Shown here: positions 43,795 through 55,198 of the stretch, one piece after another
Layout: every line of letters begins with the position of its first letter
How positions within the stretch are numbered: the first letter of the stretch is position 1
Assembly (NCBI GenBank): GCA_004557545.1
Contig: SFGV01000004.1
Coordinates: forward strand, 3,166 to 67,165
Source of the DNA: Succinatimonas hippei
GTDB taxonomy: Bacteria > Pseudomonadota > Gammaproteobacteria > Enterobacterales > Succinivibrionaceae
Direction: 5' to 3'
Length of the DNA: 64,000 bases
Translations under genes and position numbers: made by a program
Notes under the pieces: generated by a model
What the model was told of the DNA's origin: nothing
The model's input: only the letters and a program-made list of their open reading frames with translations
Database searches by the model: none

Positions 43795-45441
43795 ATGGAA
43801 ATAATGAGAAACGTAAGCGTCAGAGGCAAGATCACAACATGCTTCGTACTTATACTCGCCTTTTTGATCGCTGTCGCGGCTATAGCCGTCAAAGTTAACA
43901 TGGATGCCTCCACCGGAGCCTACAACGTCTACAGGATCCTGGGAAAATCCTACGGGCGTGTCATGAACACCCAGAGGGCGCTTGAAAAGGCAAATGATAA
44001 TGTTCTTGCCTACCTAAAAGGAGATGCGGCATCTGACACTAACGCCGAGGCTGACAAGTTGCTTGCTGATTTTGAGAACATCGGCAAGATCTCATCGGTG
44101 ATGAATGAAAACATCATAGGTGATCTGCCCTCCCCTCCTGACTACAAGCAGAATATTCTTGAGGTGAAAACCAGAGTCAATGAGTTTATTGAAAAGTACA
44201 GGGCGTCAGTCGATCCTGCCATACGTGATGGCAAGAATGAAGAAGCATTAAAGTCATACCTTGATATCGCTCTGCCGGCCTGCGAAAGTGCGCTTGATTA
44301 CTACAAGAAACTCGTAGACAAGCAGGTCTCATTGTCAATCTCCATAGTCCACAGGAACTCCGACGCATGGAGCTCATGGCTTATCATCGCCATAGCGGTT
44401 GTCGCGTTCATTATCTCCACACTCATAGTGATTTCGCTTGCGGGTTATATAGACAAGTCCCTGTTACACAACATTAAAAACCTTAAAGCCATGTCTCAGG
44501 GTGATTTCACCGAAAATATCCGCATCATTTCAAAAGATGAGTTCGGACAAGCATCTAAAACCCTTATGGATACCAGAGACGCGCTCTCAGGCTCAATCTC
44601 CATGGTTCGTGATAACGGTCTGCTCATAGACGAAACCCTGACCAAGGTGCGTGAGCACATGCGCAACATTTCAGACTCCGTAACCCAGTCCGAGACACAC
44701 TCGGAAACCGTTTCGGCGGCCTCAGACGAGATGGTGTCAACTACTGCTGATATTGCGAGAAACTGTGAAAGCGCCGCACAGTCAGCCCAGAACTCCACCA
44801 AGACCGTTGAAAGCGGCATAGAGGCTGTTCGCAACACTATGGAGACCATTCAGAAACAGGTCAACAAGACGCAGGAGGACGCCAAACTCATCAATGAGCT
44901 GGCAAGCCGTACCGAGAAGATCGGAACCATAGTTGAGACTATTGATGAGATTGCCGCGCAAACCAACCTGCTTGCGCTGAACGCCGCTATTGAGGCCGCG
45001 CGCGCCGGTGAAGCCGGAAAGGGCTTCGCAGTTGTGGCTGATGAGGTTCGCGCTCTGGCGTCACGCTCCTCAAAGTCAACCCAGGAAATCACCAAGATGG
45101 TCGAACAGGTTCAGTCTGACGCGAAGAACGCCAACTCATCAATGAGCGAAAGCGTAAACGCGATGAACGAGCTTTCAAAACAGGCATCGGATGTTGAGGG
45201 AGAGCTCAATGAGATCATCTGCAAGGTCAATGAGGTGAACGACAAGATCTCGCAGATCGCCACCGCCGCAGAACAGCAAACCACAGCCACATCTGAGATC
45301 TCAACCAACATGCAGCAACTGACGACCCTGAACAAGCATTCGCTTGAGGTAAACCGTAACTGTGATGAACAGCTGCAGTCGCTGATTAAGGCCACCAGCG
45401 AGCTTATGGATAAGCTCGCGCTCTTCAAGCTCAAAGAGTGA
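43795..45441 (+). CDS. Methyl-accepting chemotaxis protein
   Basis: Two TMs, [38 protein letters not shown]. Confidence 0.95.
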   Translation: MEIMRNVSVRGKITTCFVLILAFLIAVAAIAVKVNMDASTGAYNVYRILGKSYGRVMNTQRALEKANDNVLAYLKGDAASDTNAEADKLLADFENIGKISSVMNENIIGDLPSPPDYKQNILEVKTRVNEFIEKYRASVDPAIRDGKNEEALKSYLDIALPACESALDYYKKLVDKQVSLSISIVHRNSDAWSSWLIIAIAVVAFIISTLIVISLAGYIDKSLLHNIKNLKAMSQGDFTENIRIISKDEFGQASKTLMDTRDALSGSISMVRDNGLLIDETLTKVREHMRNISDSVTQSETHSETVSAASDEMVSTTADIARNCESAAQSAQNSTKTVESGIEAVRNTMETIQKQVNKTQEDAKLINELASRTEKIGTIVETIDEIAAQTNLLALNAAIEAARAGEAGKGFAVVADEVRALASRSSKSTQEITKMVEQVQSDAKNANSSMSESVNAMNELSKQASDVEGELNEIICKVNEVNDKISQIATAAEQQTTATSEISTNMQQLTTLNKHSLEVNRNCDEQLQSLIKATSELMDKLALFKLKE

Positions 45442-45464
45442 TGATGGTATAAACAGTAAACGAG

Positions 45465-45537
45465 AAGACCCGGAGCTGTCCGGGTCTTTTTTTCTTACGT
45501 CTGTCCAAAAAAAATGACCGCGCTTTATGCGCGGTCG
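45465..45537. terminator. Convergent terminators for the MCP gene (+) and edd (-)
   Basis: AAGACCCGGA..TCCGGGTCTTTTTTT and A8-TGACCGCGC..GCGCGGTC. Confidence 0.75.
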
Positions 45538-45555
45538 TTTCTATCCTTCAGTCAA

Positions 45556-47367
45556 TCAGGCATTGGGATCCCACTTGAACAGGAAGGTCGCTCCCTGATC
45601 GGCAGGACCAACATTGTCGCGGCATGACTTGAAAAGCCAGCGGCCGAAGGTCTGCTCATCCTTCCCAAGATCAGGCTTCTCAGCGGTTCTGCCCTCAAGG
45701 GAGGTCAGGCAGTTTACACTGCCTGCGTCCGCGTCAAAATCTATAAGATCGCCGTCACGCAGAAGCGACAGAGCTCCGCCGCGCGCCGCCTCAGGAGAAA
45801 GGTGCAGCGCTGATGGAATACCGCCTGAGGCTCCTGAAAGCCTGCCATCGGTCAAAAGCGCTACATGATAACCGTCCTTCTGCAGATTGCCAAGCACCGG
45901 CATCAGTTTATGCAGTTCAGGCATTCCGGACGCCGCGGGACCGGCGTAACGCACTACCACCACACAGTCCTTATTCAGCTTGCCTTCATGGTAGGCCTTG
46001 TGAACATCATACTGAGAGTTGAAGACCATGGCCGGAGCTTTCACGTGATGGTGCTCAGGGGCAACCGCGGAGATCTTGATGACGCACTGCCCCAGATTTC
46101 CCTTCAGCACCTTAAGCCCGCCATGTTCGCGGAAGCAGCCTTTGCCCTCGACTATTACTTTAGGATCGCGGGTATCACCACAATCGCGATAAACAAGTTT
46201 ACCATCCTCAAGCGCGGGGCTCTTCATCTGATCTTCAAATGAACCGCTCACGGTCTTCACATCCTCATGCAAAAGATCGCGTTCATAAAGAGCCTTCATA
46301 AGCACCGGAACGCCGCCGGCGTTCTCAAAAGCGTTTATATCGTACGGAGCGTTAGGATAAACCTGAACCAGCAGAGGCACCGCGTCAGAGAGCGCCGAGA
46401 GATCATCCCAGGTCAGGATGTAACCACAGGATCTCGCGACAGCCAGCATATGCAGGGTGTGATTGGTTGAGCCACCTGAGGCTAAAAGCGCGACCAGACC
46501 GTTTACTATGTTCTTGGCGGTCAGAACCTCGCAAAGCGGACGGGCTTTACCTGAAAGCACGGTCTCATTTGAGATAACCCTGCTTATCTCCTGCGTAAGC
46601 GCGTGTCTTAAAGCGGTACCGGGGCGCACGAACGCGGAGCCGGGGAGCATAAGTCCCATAGCCTCAAATACCAGCTGATTGGTATTGGCGGTGCCGTAGA
46701 ATGTGCAGGTACCGGCCTCATGGTAGGCTTTGCATTCCATGCGCTGCAGCGTGATCTTGTCAATCTTGCCTGCCGCGTACTGCTGTCTTACCTCGGTTTT
46801 CTCCTTGTTTGAGATCCCGGTACCCATAGGGCCTGACGGTACAAAAGCTATAGGCAGATGGCCAAATGACGCGGCTCCCATGAGCATGCCCGGGGCTATC
46901 TTGTCGCATATTCCAAGCAGTAAGGCTCCGTCAAAAACGTTGTGTGAGAGCGCTACCGCCACACCCTGGGCTATAAGATCGCGTGAGAACAGCGACATAT
47001 CCATTCCGGGATGTCCCTGAGTAACGCCATCGCACATGGCGGGCACGCCGCCGGCTACCTGAGCGCTGGCGCCGCATTTCTCAAGACAGAGCTTGATCTC
47101 ATCTGGGTAATCCTTATAAGGGCAATGCGCGCTTACCATATCATTGTAAGCGGTCACTATCCCTATATTAGGTCCCTTGCCGGTTATAAGGTTCTCTTTT
47201 ATAGAGCCTGTCATGGCGGCTGAGGCGTGCGCTATGTTCGAGCAGTTAAGCACATCACGGTTACGCCCCTCAGAGGCCTGCTCATTGATCATGGAAAGAT
47301 ATTGCGCGCGAGTTTTCCGCGAGCGCATTTCAATCGCGTTTGTTACATCAAGAATTGTCTTATTCAT
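45556..47367 (-). CDS. edd: 6-phosphogluconate dehydratase
   Basis: AYNDMVSAH.PY, GGVPAMCDGVTQG, GICDKI.PG, GTCTFYGTAN and TDGRLSGASG motifs. Confidence 0.95.
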   Translation of the reverse strand: MNKTILDVTNAIEMRSRKTRAQYLSMINEQASEGRNRDVLNCSNIAHASAAMTGSIKENLITGKGPNIGIVTAYNDMVSAHCPYKDYPDEIKLCLEKCGASAQVAGGVPAMCDGVTQGHPGMDMSLFSRDLIAQGVAVALSHNVFDGALLLGICDKIAPGMLMGAASFGHLPIAFVPSGPMGTGISNKEKTEVRQQYAAGKIDKITLQRMECKAYHEAGTCTFYGTANTNQLVFEAMGLMLPGSAFVRPGTALRHALTQEISRVISNETVLSGKARPLCEVLTAKNIVNGLVALLASGGSTNHTLHMLAVARSCGYILTWDDLSALSDAVPLLVQVYPNAPYDINAFENAGGVPVLMKALYERDLLHEDVKTVSGSFEDQMKSPALEDGKLVYRDCGDTRDPKVIVEGKGCFREHGGLKVLKGNLGQCVIKISAVAPEHHHVKAPAMVFNSQYDVHKAYHEGKLNKDCVVVVRYAGPAASGMPELHKLMPVLGNLQKDGYHVALLTDGRLSGASGGIPSALHLSPEAARGGALSLLRDGDLIDFDADAGSVNCLTSLEGRTAEKPDLGKDEQTFGRWLFKSCRDNVGPADQGATFLFKWDPNA

Positions 47368-47881
47368 CTGTTCTTCCCTCGATGGCTCTTATTGCACTGT
47401 CTATAACCTCACCCACCGGAGCTGCAACGTCAATGTTTATGACATCTTTCTCCTTTTGGGGATCCGGGAACTCCAAAGTCGCGAACTGAGAGTCGACCAT
47501 ATCGCTCTTCATATAGTGCCCTTTTCGCGCGGCTATTCTTTTGAGAATAAGCTCCTTGCTGGCGTAAAGATGCACAAACACGAGACCTGGATTGCCCTGT
47601 CTTATGATGTCGCGATACTGTTTTTTTAAGGCTGAGCAGACCACCACCCCTGAGGCGTGGCGGTTTGATAACGAAAAGAAAACATCACTTACTCGCTCAA
47701 GCCAGGGAGCCCTGTCCTCATCGGTAAGCGGAATTCCGTCTTTCATCTTGATGATGTTGGCGCGGGGATGCAGATCATCTCCGTCTATGAATGTGGCGTG
47801 GAAGCGTTCGGCAATAGCGCGGCCTACGGTGCTCTTTCCAGAACCGCATACCCCCATAACCACACATTTGACTGTTTTCAT
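47360..47881 (-). CDS. gntK: Gluconokinase
   Basis: MGVCGSGKST, DGDDLHP.ANI.KM, CSALK..YRD and SQFATLE motifs. Confidence 0.93.
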   Translation of the reverse strand: MKTVKCVVMGVCGSGKSTVGRAIAERFHATFIDGDDLHPRANIIKMKDGIPLTDEDRAPWLERVSDVFFSLSNRHASGVVVCSALKKQYRDIIRQGNPGLVFVHLYASKELILKRIAARKGHYMKSDMVDSQFATLEFPDPQKEKDVINIDVAAPVGEVIDSAIRAIEGRTDE

Positions 47882-47935
47882 TTAAACTCCGGGCAGATTT
47901 ATTTGTAAGCAGAGCATAACACAGAATGCTCTTTA

Positions 47936-47951
47936 ATGTTATCGGTAACAT
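47936..47951. promoter_or_regulatory. GntR operator upstream of gntK-edd
   Basis: ATGTTATCGGTAACAT, 15/16 match to ATGTTACCGGTAACAT. Confidence 0.85.
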
Positions 47952-47978
47952 AATTATAGATCAGGATATTGTAATTTT

Positions 47979-47994
47979 TGAAATAGCGATCACA
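47979..47994 (-). promoter_or_regulatory. CRP-like site upstream of gntK
   Basis: Minus strand TGTGA-tcgcta-TTTCA. Confidence 0.45.
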
Positions 47995-47998
47995 TGAT

Positions 47999-48028
47999 AA
48001 AAAAAAGCCCCGGCTGGTATACCGGGGC
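47999..48028 (-). terminator. Terminator of the second MCP gene
   Basis: GCCCCGG..CCGGGGC hairpin followed by T8 on the minus strand. Confidence 0.8.
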
Positions 48029-48049
48029 AGTCAGTTCTCTGTTTAACCG

Positions 48050-49747
48050 TTAAGCGCTCCGGGGGGATTCCTCAGCGTTCTGAGGCTGCTCCTCAGTGCT
48101 CTGGGACTGCTCAGCCAGTGCTCCGGGAAGTTCCTCATCATCGTTGGTACGCAGTCTTGAAACCTGAGCCTTGAGATCGCCCATAACCTCGCTCGCTCCT
48201 TCAATCTGCTTCTTTGAATCCTCAACCTTGTCGGCAAGCTCGCCTGCCGAGGTGGTGATGTTCTGCATATTCGAGGAGATCTCCGAGGTAGCGGAATTCT
48301 GCTGCTCGGCGGAATTGGCGATCTGAGTTATCTGATTTTGAACATTCTCAACCTTTTCAATGATCCCATGGAGCAGGCCTTCAACCTCATGGGAGCTCTT
48401 TGAAAGCTCATCCATGTTTCTGACCGACTCATTTATGGAATCATTAGCGCTTCCGGCGTCCTGCTGCACCGCGGAAACCATTGAAATGATGTCAGCGGTT
48501 GAGGCGGAGGTTCTCGAGGCCAGAGCTCTGACCTCGTCAGCGACCACCGCGAAGCCCTTTCCAGCCTCACCGGCGCGGGCGGCCTCAATGGCGGCGTTGA
48601 GCGCCAGCAGATTGGTCTGTCCGGCGATGTCCTCAATGGTCTCGACTATGGTGCCGATCTTCTGGGACTGTTCAACCAGCGCTCCGACCTTAGCCGCGTT
48701 GGCGCGGGTTTTCTCAACCTGATCGGAGATCATCTCGATGGTCTTCTGGATCTTATCAACGCCCTCACTGGTGGTCTTTGAAGAGTCCTGCGCAGCTCCA
48801 AGAGCCTCCTTGCAGTTCTTCGCGATCTCGGCGGTGGTGGAAACCATCTGATCTGAGGCCGCGGCTACGGAATCAGCCCTCTCTCTGGTGTTCTGAGCCG
48901 ATGAGTCGATATCGCTTGTAATTGAGTTTATGGCGGCGAAACTGTCCTCAACCGAGCTTGAGGACTTTTTAATAAGCCTCGCGAGATCTGTCCATTCCCT
49001 TCTCATATCCTCAAGCGCGAGCATCAGACCGCCGAACTCGTCGTTGCGTCTGGTCCTTACCACCTTGGTAAGGTCACCTGAGGCAAGTCGTTTGGCGATC
49101 GCCGAGGCTCTGCCCAGAATGTTCTTAATGGACGCTGAGAGCACATAAGTTACAAAGAAAGAGATCAGAAGCGAAAACGCGGTAACGCCTATAACCAGAT
49201 AAAGAGGAGCCTTTCCTCCTAAAGTCGACAGACGCTTGGTAATGTTCGCGAGAATTCCAAAGGTAAGCTGATCAAGCTTGCCCTGAAGTTCCACAATCAT
49301 AGGGTGCATTTCAGTGACGTACATCGCGCGCGCTCCCTGGAAGCGGTTTTGCAGGAGCTGGGCTAAAACTACCTCGTGATATTCCTCGTTTATATTGGTT
49401 ATAAGATCGCGGATCTCATTACCCTGATCATTGCGCGGAATGCTCTTGTCAGAGATATCAAGAATGGTCTTGAGATCATCCTCAACCTGCTGACGCGTCT
49501 TATCGAGGAAGCTCATGCGGTTGTTCACGAAGTTGAAAACATTCGCGTTGATTGAGGTCATCTTGGTATTGATCTGTGTATACGGCTGGTACTCATTGGT
49601 TATGGAGTTATTTGCATATAAAACCGTTTTCTGAATACCAAAGAGAATGATCACCGCGATCACGCATACGATGACCAGAAAGAGCATCATGAGACACAAG
49701 GACGCGATAAGAGTACGTCGGAAACCAAGCTTCTTAAAAAAGTCCAT
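48050..49747 (-). CDS. Methyl-accepting chemotaxis protein
   Basis: Two TMs, [38 protein letters not shown]; acidic tail. Confidence 0.95.
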   Translation of the reverse strand: MDFFKKLGFRRTLIASLCLMMLFLVIVCVIAVIILFGIQKTVLYANNSITNEYQPYTQINTKMTSINANVFNFVNNRMSFLDKTRQQVEDDLKTILDISDKSIPRNDQGNEIRDLITNINEEYHEVVLAQLLQNRFQGARAMYVTEMHPMIVELQGKLDQLTFGILANITKRLSTLGGKAPLYLVIGVTAFSLLISFFVTYVLSASIKNILGRASAIAKRLASGDLTKVVRTRRNDEFGGLMLALEDMRREWTDLARLIKKSSSSVEDSFAAINSITSDIDSSAQNTRERADSVAAASDQMVSTTAEIAKNCKEALGAAQDSSKTTSEGVDKIQKTIEMISDQVEKTRANAAKVGALVEQSQKIGTIVETIEDIAGQTNLLALNAAIEAARAGEAGKGFAVVADEVRALASRTSASTADIISMVSAVQQDAGSANDSINESVRNMDELSKSSHEVEGLLHGIIEKVENVQNQITQIANSAEQQNSATSEISSNMQNITTSAGELADKVEDSKKQIEGASEVMGDLKAQVSRLRTNDDEELPGALAEQSQSTEEQPQNAEESPRSA

Positions 49748-50092
49748 ATTGTAGAGTCCTTAAATCAAACGCAGGCGGGCGCCTGTATACCTGCATTTTT
49801 GGGAACGTTTCTTATAAATACATTACATTAAGCGCAATCCCAGTCTCTATATAATGGTAAAAAACGACCATCTTTCAAGATTTCGTTTAAAAAAAAGTTA
49901 ACTTTGGCATACAATTCTTTTATTCTGGAACGTAAACGGTCAATATAGTATACTTTTCTCGCCATAACCTTGCGATATCTACAGTTTTTTTTTAATCTTT
50001 CCCCCAACCATTTTCCCGAATTAACGTTAACCCGCCCGCAAATTGAAAAGACCATACTCGATGAGAGGCCTTTCTTGCCTTAATATTGCGGT

Positions 50093-50108
50093 GTTTTACC
50101 GGTAACAT
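50093..50108. promoter_or_regulatory. GntR operator upstream of gntR
   Basis: GTTTTACCGGTAACAT, 14/16 match to consensus. Confidence 0.75.
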
Positions 50109-50132
50109 TGCGCAGAGTGCGGAGGATCGCAG

Positions 50133-51191
50133 ATGATCAGGAGACCCAGACTTGATGACATCGCCAGTAAAGTTGGGGTAACCAGAATGACGGTCTCCCG
50201 CTACTTTAACGATCCCTCAAGCGTGGCCAAAGCGACCCGCGAGAAGATCGCAAAAGTCATAGAAGAGTCCGGCTTTATTCCAAGCCGGGTTCCAGCCATC
50301 ATGTCACGCTCCTCCTCAATGGCCTTAGGTCTGGTTGTACCTTCCTTTTCAAACAGCGTCTTTACTGATGTCATTGACGGTGTTGAGAAAAGCGCCAGAG
50401 ACGCCGGCTACAGCGTACTGCTCATGCACTCAGGCTATGACGAGAAACGTGAGGAGGAGGAAGTTGCCGCCCTGCTCTCTTATCAGGCCGATGCTGTGAT
50501 CCTCTGCGCGGCCGGTCACAGCGATCTAACGCGCCTTAGGCTTGGCAAGTCAGGGATCCCATGCGCCGAGTTGCTATCCATTTCAGAAGATCCGCTGGGA
50601 CTTAATTACGGCATTGACTACACGTCTACATTCAGAGCCGCTACCCGTGCGGTTATTTCCTGTGGCAGAAAAGCCGTAGCCTATTTCGGCGCCCGCATGG
50701 ACGAGCGTACCATAGAACGCGAGTCTGGTTATCGTGAGGCGGTAGAGCAAGATGGTCTCAAGGCGATTTGCCTTAATACCCAGGCGCGCTCGAACTTTTC
50801 ACTAGGTCGGGATCTTATGATCACCGCGATAAAAAAACACCCTGAGATAGACTGTGTGCTCTGTACCAATGATGACGTAGCGTTAGGAGCGCTTATAGCC
50901 TGCCAGACTCTTAAAATAAAAGTTCCTGATGATCTTTCAGTTATTGGATGCAACGCTCTTGATTTCTGTGAGGCGGCGTACCCTACCCTCTGTTCGATAA
51001 GCACCCCCAGATATGAACTCGCAAAAAAGGCAACCCTGGACATCATCTCAATGATTGGTGGAAAGAAAAAAAACTGGCGTGGAAAGCGGATCTGGGAGTG
51101 CGGGCTTAAGGCAGGCGGGAGCGCAACCGTGCGGGAGCAAAAGGCCATCTCGGAGGCGCTAAAGACTCTGTCTGCCTCCGACACTCACTGA
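50133..51191 (+). CDS. gntR: LacI-family gluconate repressor
   Basis: RP.L.DIA..VGVT.MTVSRY HTH and CTNDD.ALGA; near gntK-edd with matching operators. Confidence 0.85.
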   Translation: MIRRPRLDDIASKVGVTRMTVSRYFNDPSSVAKATREKIAKVIEESGFIPSRVPAIMSRSSSMALGLVVPSFSNSVFTDVIDGVEKSARDAGYSVLLMHSGYDEKREEEEVAALLSYQADAVILCAAGHSDLTRLRLGKSGIPCAELLSISEDPLGLNYGIDYTSTFRAATRAVISCGRKAVAYFGARMDERTIERESGYREAVEQDGLKAICLNTQARSNFSLGRDLMITAIKKHPEIDCVLCTNDDVALGALIACQTLKIKVPDDLSVIGCNALDFCEAAYPTLCSISTPRYELAKKATLDIISMIGGKKKNWRGKRIWECGLKAGGSATVREQKAISEALKTLSASDTH

Positions 51192-51273
51192 CATTTCATT
51201 ATACCGGGCTGTTAACCAGCGCCCTGCCATGAACACGCGGCAGCGCTGGTGTTACATTCAATTCTGCCGCTTT

Positions 51274-53784
51274 TCAGGGCTTTTCTTTTTTTAAAAACGA
51301 CGGTTTAGGAAGATGAACCGGAGTCAGTGGCTGCTCAGGGATGGGCGGCGCCAGAGGATCAGGCATCTGCTCTTTCTTTTCAGGCTCTTTTGAAGGCATT
51401 ACGCTGCTTTCAGACAGCCACTGAGAGCTGACATCACGGACGTTTGACTCATCATCGTCATCATCGTCAAGCCTAAAGCCGTTGCTCTGCGGTGCCTCAC
51501 TGTCCGTGGTGGTCATCACACAGTTGCCCGCGACAAGCTCGGAGAGCGCGCGCTCCTGCATGCTTACCGCAGCGTAGCGGGCGGCAAGCTCGCGAAGCTC
51601 CTGCAGGAAGGTAAGGTACATCTCAGATGAATGCATTGAAACCCTCTCCCTGCCGATTATCGATACCAGAGCCATCTGGCAGCGGTCGATGCTGCGGTTT
51701 AGCTTGCGCGTGTGCTTTGCCATGGTTTCAACATTTCTCGCGCTTGGGTCAAGTCCAATCGCGTGCACGTCAGCTCCGATCTTCTCAAGACGGGTGAGCA
51801 GATCCATAAGCGAGGTCTTCATATCCCCGCCGAAAATCGTATGGCGGTTTGCCACATGATTTACCGCCTGATCACAGGCGTAACGCACGGCCTTGGCCGC
51901 CTCACGCATATTCGAGAACACCAGATAGAAGAAGAACTTCGCGTCAACCGTGCTGGTATCCTGACGTTTTTTCTGTCTTGAGAACGAGGTGCTGTAGGTA
52001 TCAAGCGCCAATGAGTAGTAAATCCCGCGGTTTTCGGAAATGGCCTCCTGAATATTTGAGGCCTTGTTGCGCGCGCGGCGCAACTGGAACTCGTTATCAT
52101 CAAAAAACGCGTTGAAGGTTCTGCGTATGGTTTCGGCCTCATCATCAAAGTAACGCGGTACCGCGCGGCACACAGCCTGCAGGATCCCCTCATCATTTTG
52201 CGCCTTGAGCAATGTGGCTGCGGCGTCCTGACGGCTTTTGCGAATGAAGTTTGTGTATATGATCACCGCGAATACGGCGGGAATAAGCACGAAGACGCTG
52301 TAACCATCACAGATAAAATTCACAAGACAGATCACGCAGGCAAAGGTAAAAGCACACATGCCGGTTAAAAACCATCCGGCGATCACCGTAATGACACCGG
52401 AGATACGGAAGACCGCGCTTTCCCTGTCCCACGCGCCATCGGCAAATGACGATCCCATAGCCACCATGAAGGTGACGTAAGTGGTGGAGAGCGGAAGCTT
52501 CATGGAGGTCGCCATGGAGATTAGAGCAGATGCGACTACAAGATTGACGCTGGCGCGGACATAGTCAAAGGGCATCGGGATCTCGCCCTTGCGCACCGGG
52601 GCGCGGCGGTAACGGGTCGCGATTATTCTTACTAATCCTGAGGGGGTAAGACTGTATACCGCCCTTGAAACGCCTAATCCCATTCTGGTGATGATGCGTC
52701 CTAAGGTGGATGCGCCAAACTGCTCATGCTGTCCTGAGGAGCTTGATGAAAGATTTACCGTAGTCTGAACCACGTGACGGGCCTTCTTTGAAACAAAAAG
52801 CGTCACGCACATGACAAAGCCCGCGGCGCACAGCCACCCGGTATCGGTACGGTTGGCGTAATTAAGCGCCGTCATCATGAGCTCGGTCGGACCTTCGCCT
52901 GAAGCCACCCACACTTTGAAGCTGTCAAGCGCGGCGAGCGGGACGCCCACGAAGTTGACCAGATCGTTACCGGCAAAGGAGAACGCCAGCGCGAAGGTTC
53001 CGCTTAGCACTATCAGCCTGAATATATTAAGCCTGCACAGCGCCATCACCTGACCAATCATGAATGCTACGGCAAACACGCCCCACATGATCCTGCTTAT
53101 ATTGGCGTCCATCCAGTCAAGCCATTCCTGACGCATGAAGGACGCTCCGTGAGCGCCCTTGATGACGAGGAAATAGCATATTGCGGTCAGGGATACGCCG
53201 GTGAAGATCCCGCCTAACAGTCTCACGGTACGCTGAAACCTGAAGGTAAAGAGCAGACGGCAGAAAAACTGTATGACCATGCCAGAGATAAAGGCGATGA
53301 TAACTGAAAGCAGGATCCCGGACACTATGGCCGCGGTCTTGTCGAGCTTGATGTAATCAAAGATCCCCCCAAGGCTCATGCCGCTTGAGTGTAGCGTAAA
53401 GGCGGCCGCGCATACGGAGGCGCCTAAAAGCTCGAAGATGACTGAAACTGTGGTTGAGGTGGGAAGGCCGAAGGAGTTGAAGATATTGAGAAGGAGGACA
53501 TCGCTGATCATTACCGAGGCGAAGATGATCATCATATCCTTAAAAGTGAACATCTCCGGGTAGAACATGCCTTTTCTGGCGATTTCCATCATCCCTGACG
53601 AGGATGACGCTCCTATAAGAACACCTACCGAGGCAACCAGAATTATCACGCCCATCGGGGCAATGCGTGTTCCTACGGCTGAATTTAAAAAGTTGGCGGC
53701 GTCGTTACTGACACCCACAAAGAGATCCAAGGTGGAAAGCAGCAGGAGCATTACCACCAGAATAAAAAAAATTGTCTCGGCCAT
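51274..53784 (-). CDS. PiT/PHO4-family inorganic phosphate transporter with helical PhoU-like C-terminal domain
   Basis: GVSNDAANF, GLPTSTT, FAGNDLVNF and LPLSTTYV motifs. Confidence 0.88.
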   Translation of the reverse strand: MAETIFFILVVMLLLLSTLDLFVGVSNDAANFLNSAVGTRIAPMGVIILVASVGVLIGASSSSGMMEIARKGMFYPEMFTFKDMMIIFASVMISDVLLLNIFNSFGLPTSTTVSVIFELLGASVCAAAFTLHSSGMSLGGIFDYIKLDKTAAIVSGILLSVIIAFISGMVIQFFCRLLFTFRFQRTVRLLGGIFTGVSLTAICYFLVIKGAHGASFMRQEWLDWMDANISRIMWGVFAVAFMIGQVMALCRLNIFRLIVLSGTFALAFSFAGNDLVNFVGVPLAALDSFKVWVASGEGPTELMMTALNYANRTDTGWLCAAGFVMCVTLFVSKKARHVVQTTVNLSSSSSGQHEQFGASTLGRIITRMGLGVSRAVYSLTPSGLVRIIATRYRRAPVRKGEIPMPFDYVRASVNLVVASALISMATSMKLPLSTTYVTFMVAMGSSFADGAWDRESAVFRISGVITVIAGWFLTGMCAFTFACVICLVNFICDGYSVFVLIPAVFAVIIYTNFIRKSRQDAAATLLKAQNDEGILQAVCRAVPRYFDDEAETIRRTFNAFFDDNEFQLRRARNKASNIQEAISENRGIYYSLALDTYSTSFSRQKKRQDTSTVDAKFFFYLVFSNMREAAKAVRYACDQAVNHVANRHTIFGGDMKTSLMDLLTRLEKIGADVHAIGLDPSARNVETMAKHTRKLNRSIDRCQMALVSIIGRERVSMHSSEMYLTFLQELRELAARYAAVSMQERALSELVAGNCVMTTTDSEAPQSNGFRLDDDDDDESNVRDVSSQWLSESSVMPSKEPEKKEQMPDPLAPPIPEQPLTPVHLPKPSFLKKEKP

Positions 53785-54279
53785 CGCACGATCCCGTGTA
53801 CACAAACGCGATTATTTTACCTTGGAGTTAACCTTCTTTTAACATTAACTTCATATTTACTTGGGTTCAGGGTATCCCATATAAAAACATTCCGGAACTA
53901 GCCTATTGTCACAAGTGGAGGCGCAAGCGCATATAGATGCGTGGGTCTCCCTCCGGACCATATTCTAAGATCCAGGTGAATCACCTTACGGATCCCAAAC
54001 ACTTATATTGTCCATGCCAGTAATAAGCTCTGTACTTACGGCGCGCGATTAGAAGAAAACAAAAGTCTGGACAACGAGAATATGAACACAGCATCGTGAC
54101 TGACTCAGGTGTTGGACAACCTATAAGGCAAAAGCAGTTAACCACACGAAGGTGATGTATCACAATCGTTACGGCATCAAGCTAGATGCCGATATGCACA
54201 CCACATAACGCTGAAGGTATACTTACGCTCATCGGCGTCAGTGAACCTTTCGGATCTTTGAAAGAGCAGTCGAGCGGTC

Positions 54280-54345
54280 TCTATCTCAACGCTACCACCA
54301 TCGACCAGCGCGTTAAAATTACCGTGTCTGCTACAATGTATGAGG
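54280..54345 (+). pseudogene. Fragment resembling an alpha/beta hydrolase
   Basis: LNATTIDQRVKITVSATMYE resembles the post-nucleophile segment of hydrolases often found beside cyclophilin-like genes. Confidence 0.35.
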
Positions 54346-54367
54346 TGAGGAGCTTAAATAAGAGTAT

Positions 54368-54823
54368 ATGAGAAAATATCTGCTGACGCTTATGACATTG
54401 CTCTTTGTCTACAGCTTGGCGCGGGCAGGGGCATTACAGACAGGGAACTATACGACAATGTATATTACCATCGCTGGACAGACTCAAAGTGTAACCCTTG
54501 CCAATAACTCGGCATCGCGGGAACTCGTTACAAGGTTACACAACGGTGCTGTCAAAGTTACGCTCAACTCCAGTGGCGGCTTTGAAATATGGGGTCCGCT
54601 TGGTTTCTCGTTACCGACAAGCAACCAACAGATGACCGCGCAACCGGGAGAGATCGTTCTCTACAACGGCAGCAACATCTGTCTTTTCTTCGGCGAGAAC
54701 TCATGGAACTACACCCGTTTGGGCAAGATCGACGGCCTGTCGGAAAAAGAACTTCGCGCGTTCCTTAAAGCAGGGGAAAGCAACATTACCGTCACCCTCT
54801 CGCTCACTTCAGCGGCGAGGTAA
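54368..54823 (+). CDS. Exported cyclophilin-like fold protein
   Basis: Signal peptide; TLANNSA..EL, GGFE..G.L..SLP, PGEIVLY.G..ICLF.G.NSW.YTRLGKI motifs. Confidence 0.8.
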   Translation: MRKYLLTLMTLLFVYSLARAGALQTGNYTTMYITIAGQTQSVTLANNSASRELVTRLHNGAVKVTLNSSGGFEIWGPLGFSLPTSNQQMTAQPGEIVLYNGSNICLFFGENSWNYTRLGKIDGLSEKELRAFLKAGESNITVTLSLTSAAR

Positions 54824-55198
54824 GCGACAGAGCACAGCGGGGTCAGAATACTCTGCATATGCACGAAATGGCGTATCCGCCTCTGCACGCTGCAGAGTAA
54901 TTGTCATCATGGGCGGATAGAAATTCGTAAGAAAACATCTGTTCTCATCAGGCCTCGACATAAACATTCAATTCACAAACAGTATTACGCCAGACTGTGA
55001 TCAGCATTCTCACAAAAAGCCGGACATAGTGTTGCAGAGCGATGCTGTCGCTCAATTACTTACGTAAATTCACTATCCCCGACTTCATTACCCAGGTGGT
55101 GGAGTGGTTCTGGCGTATTTGGATAAAGTGAAAGATATAAACCGCACCACTGTGGAACGGAAAGCGATTTTACAAGCCAAAGGGACAGCGGATTTTTC

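Noticed and set aside
44940..48640. Near-identical inverted sequence shared by the two MCP genes
   Set aside because: This is the conserved MCP signalling hairpin coding sequence, not a mobile repeat.
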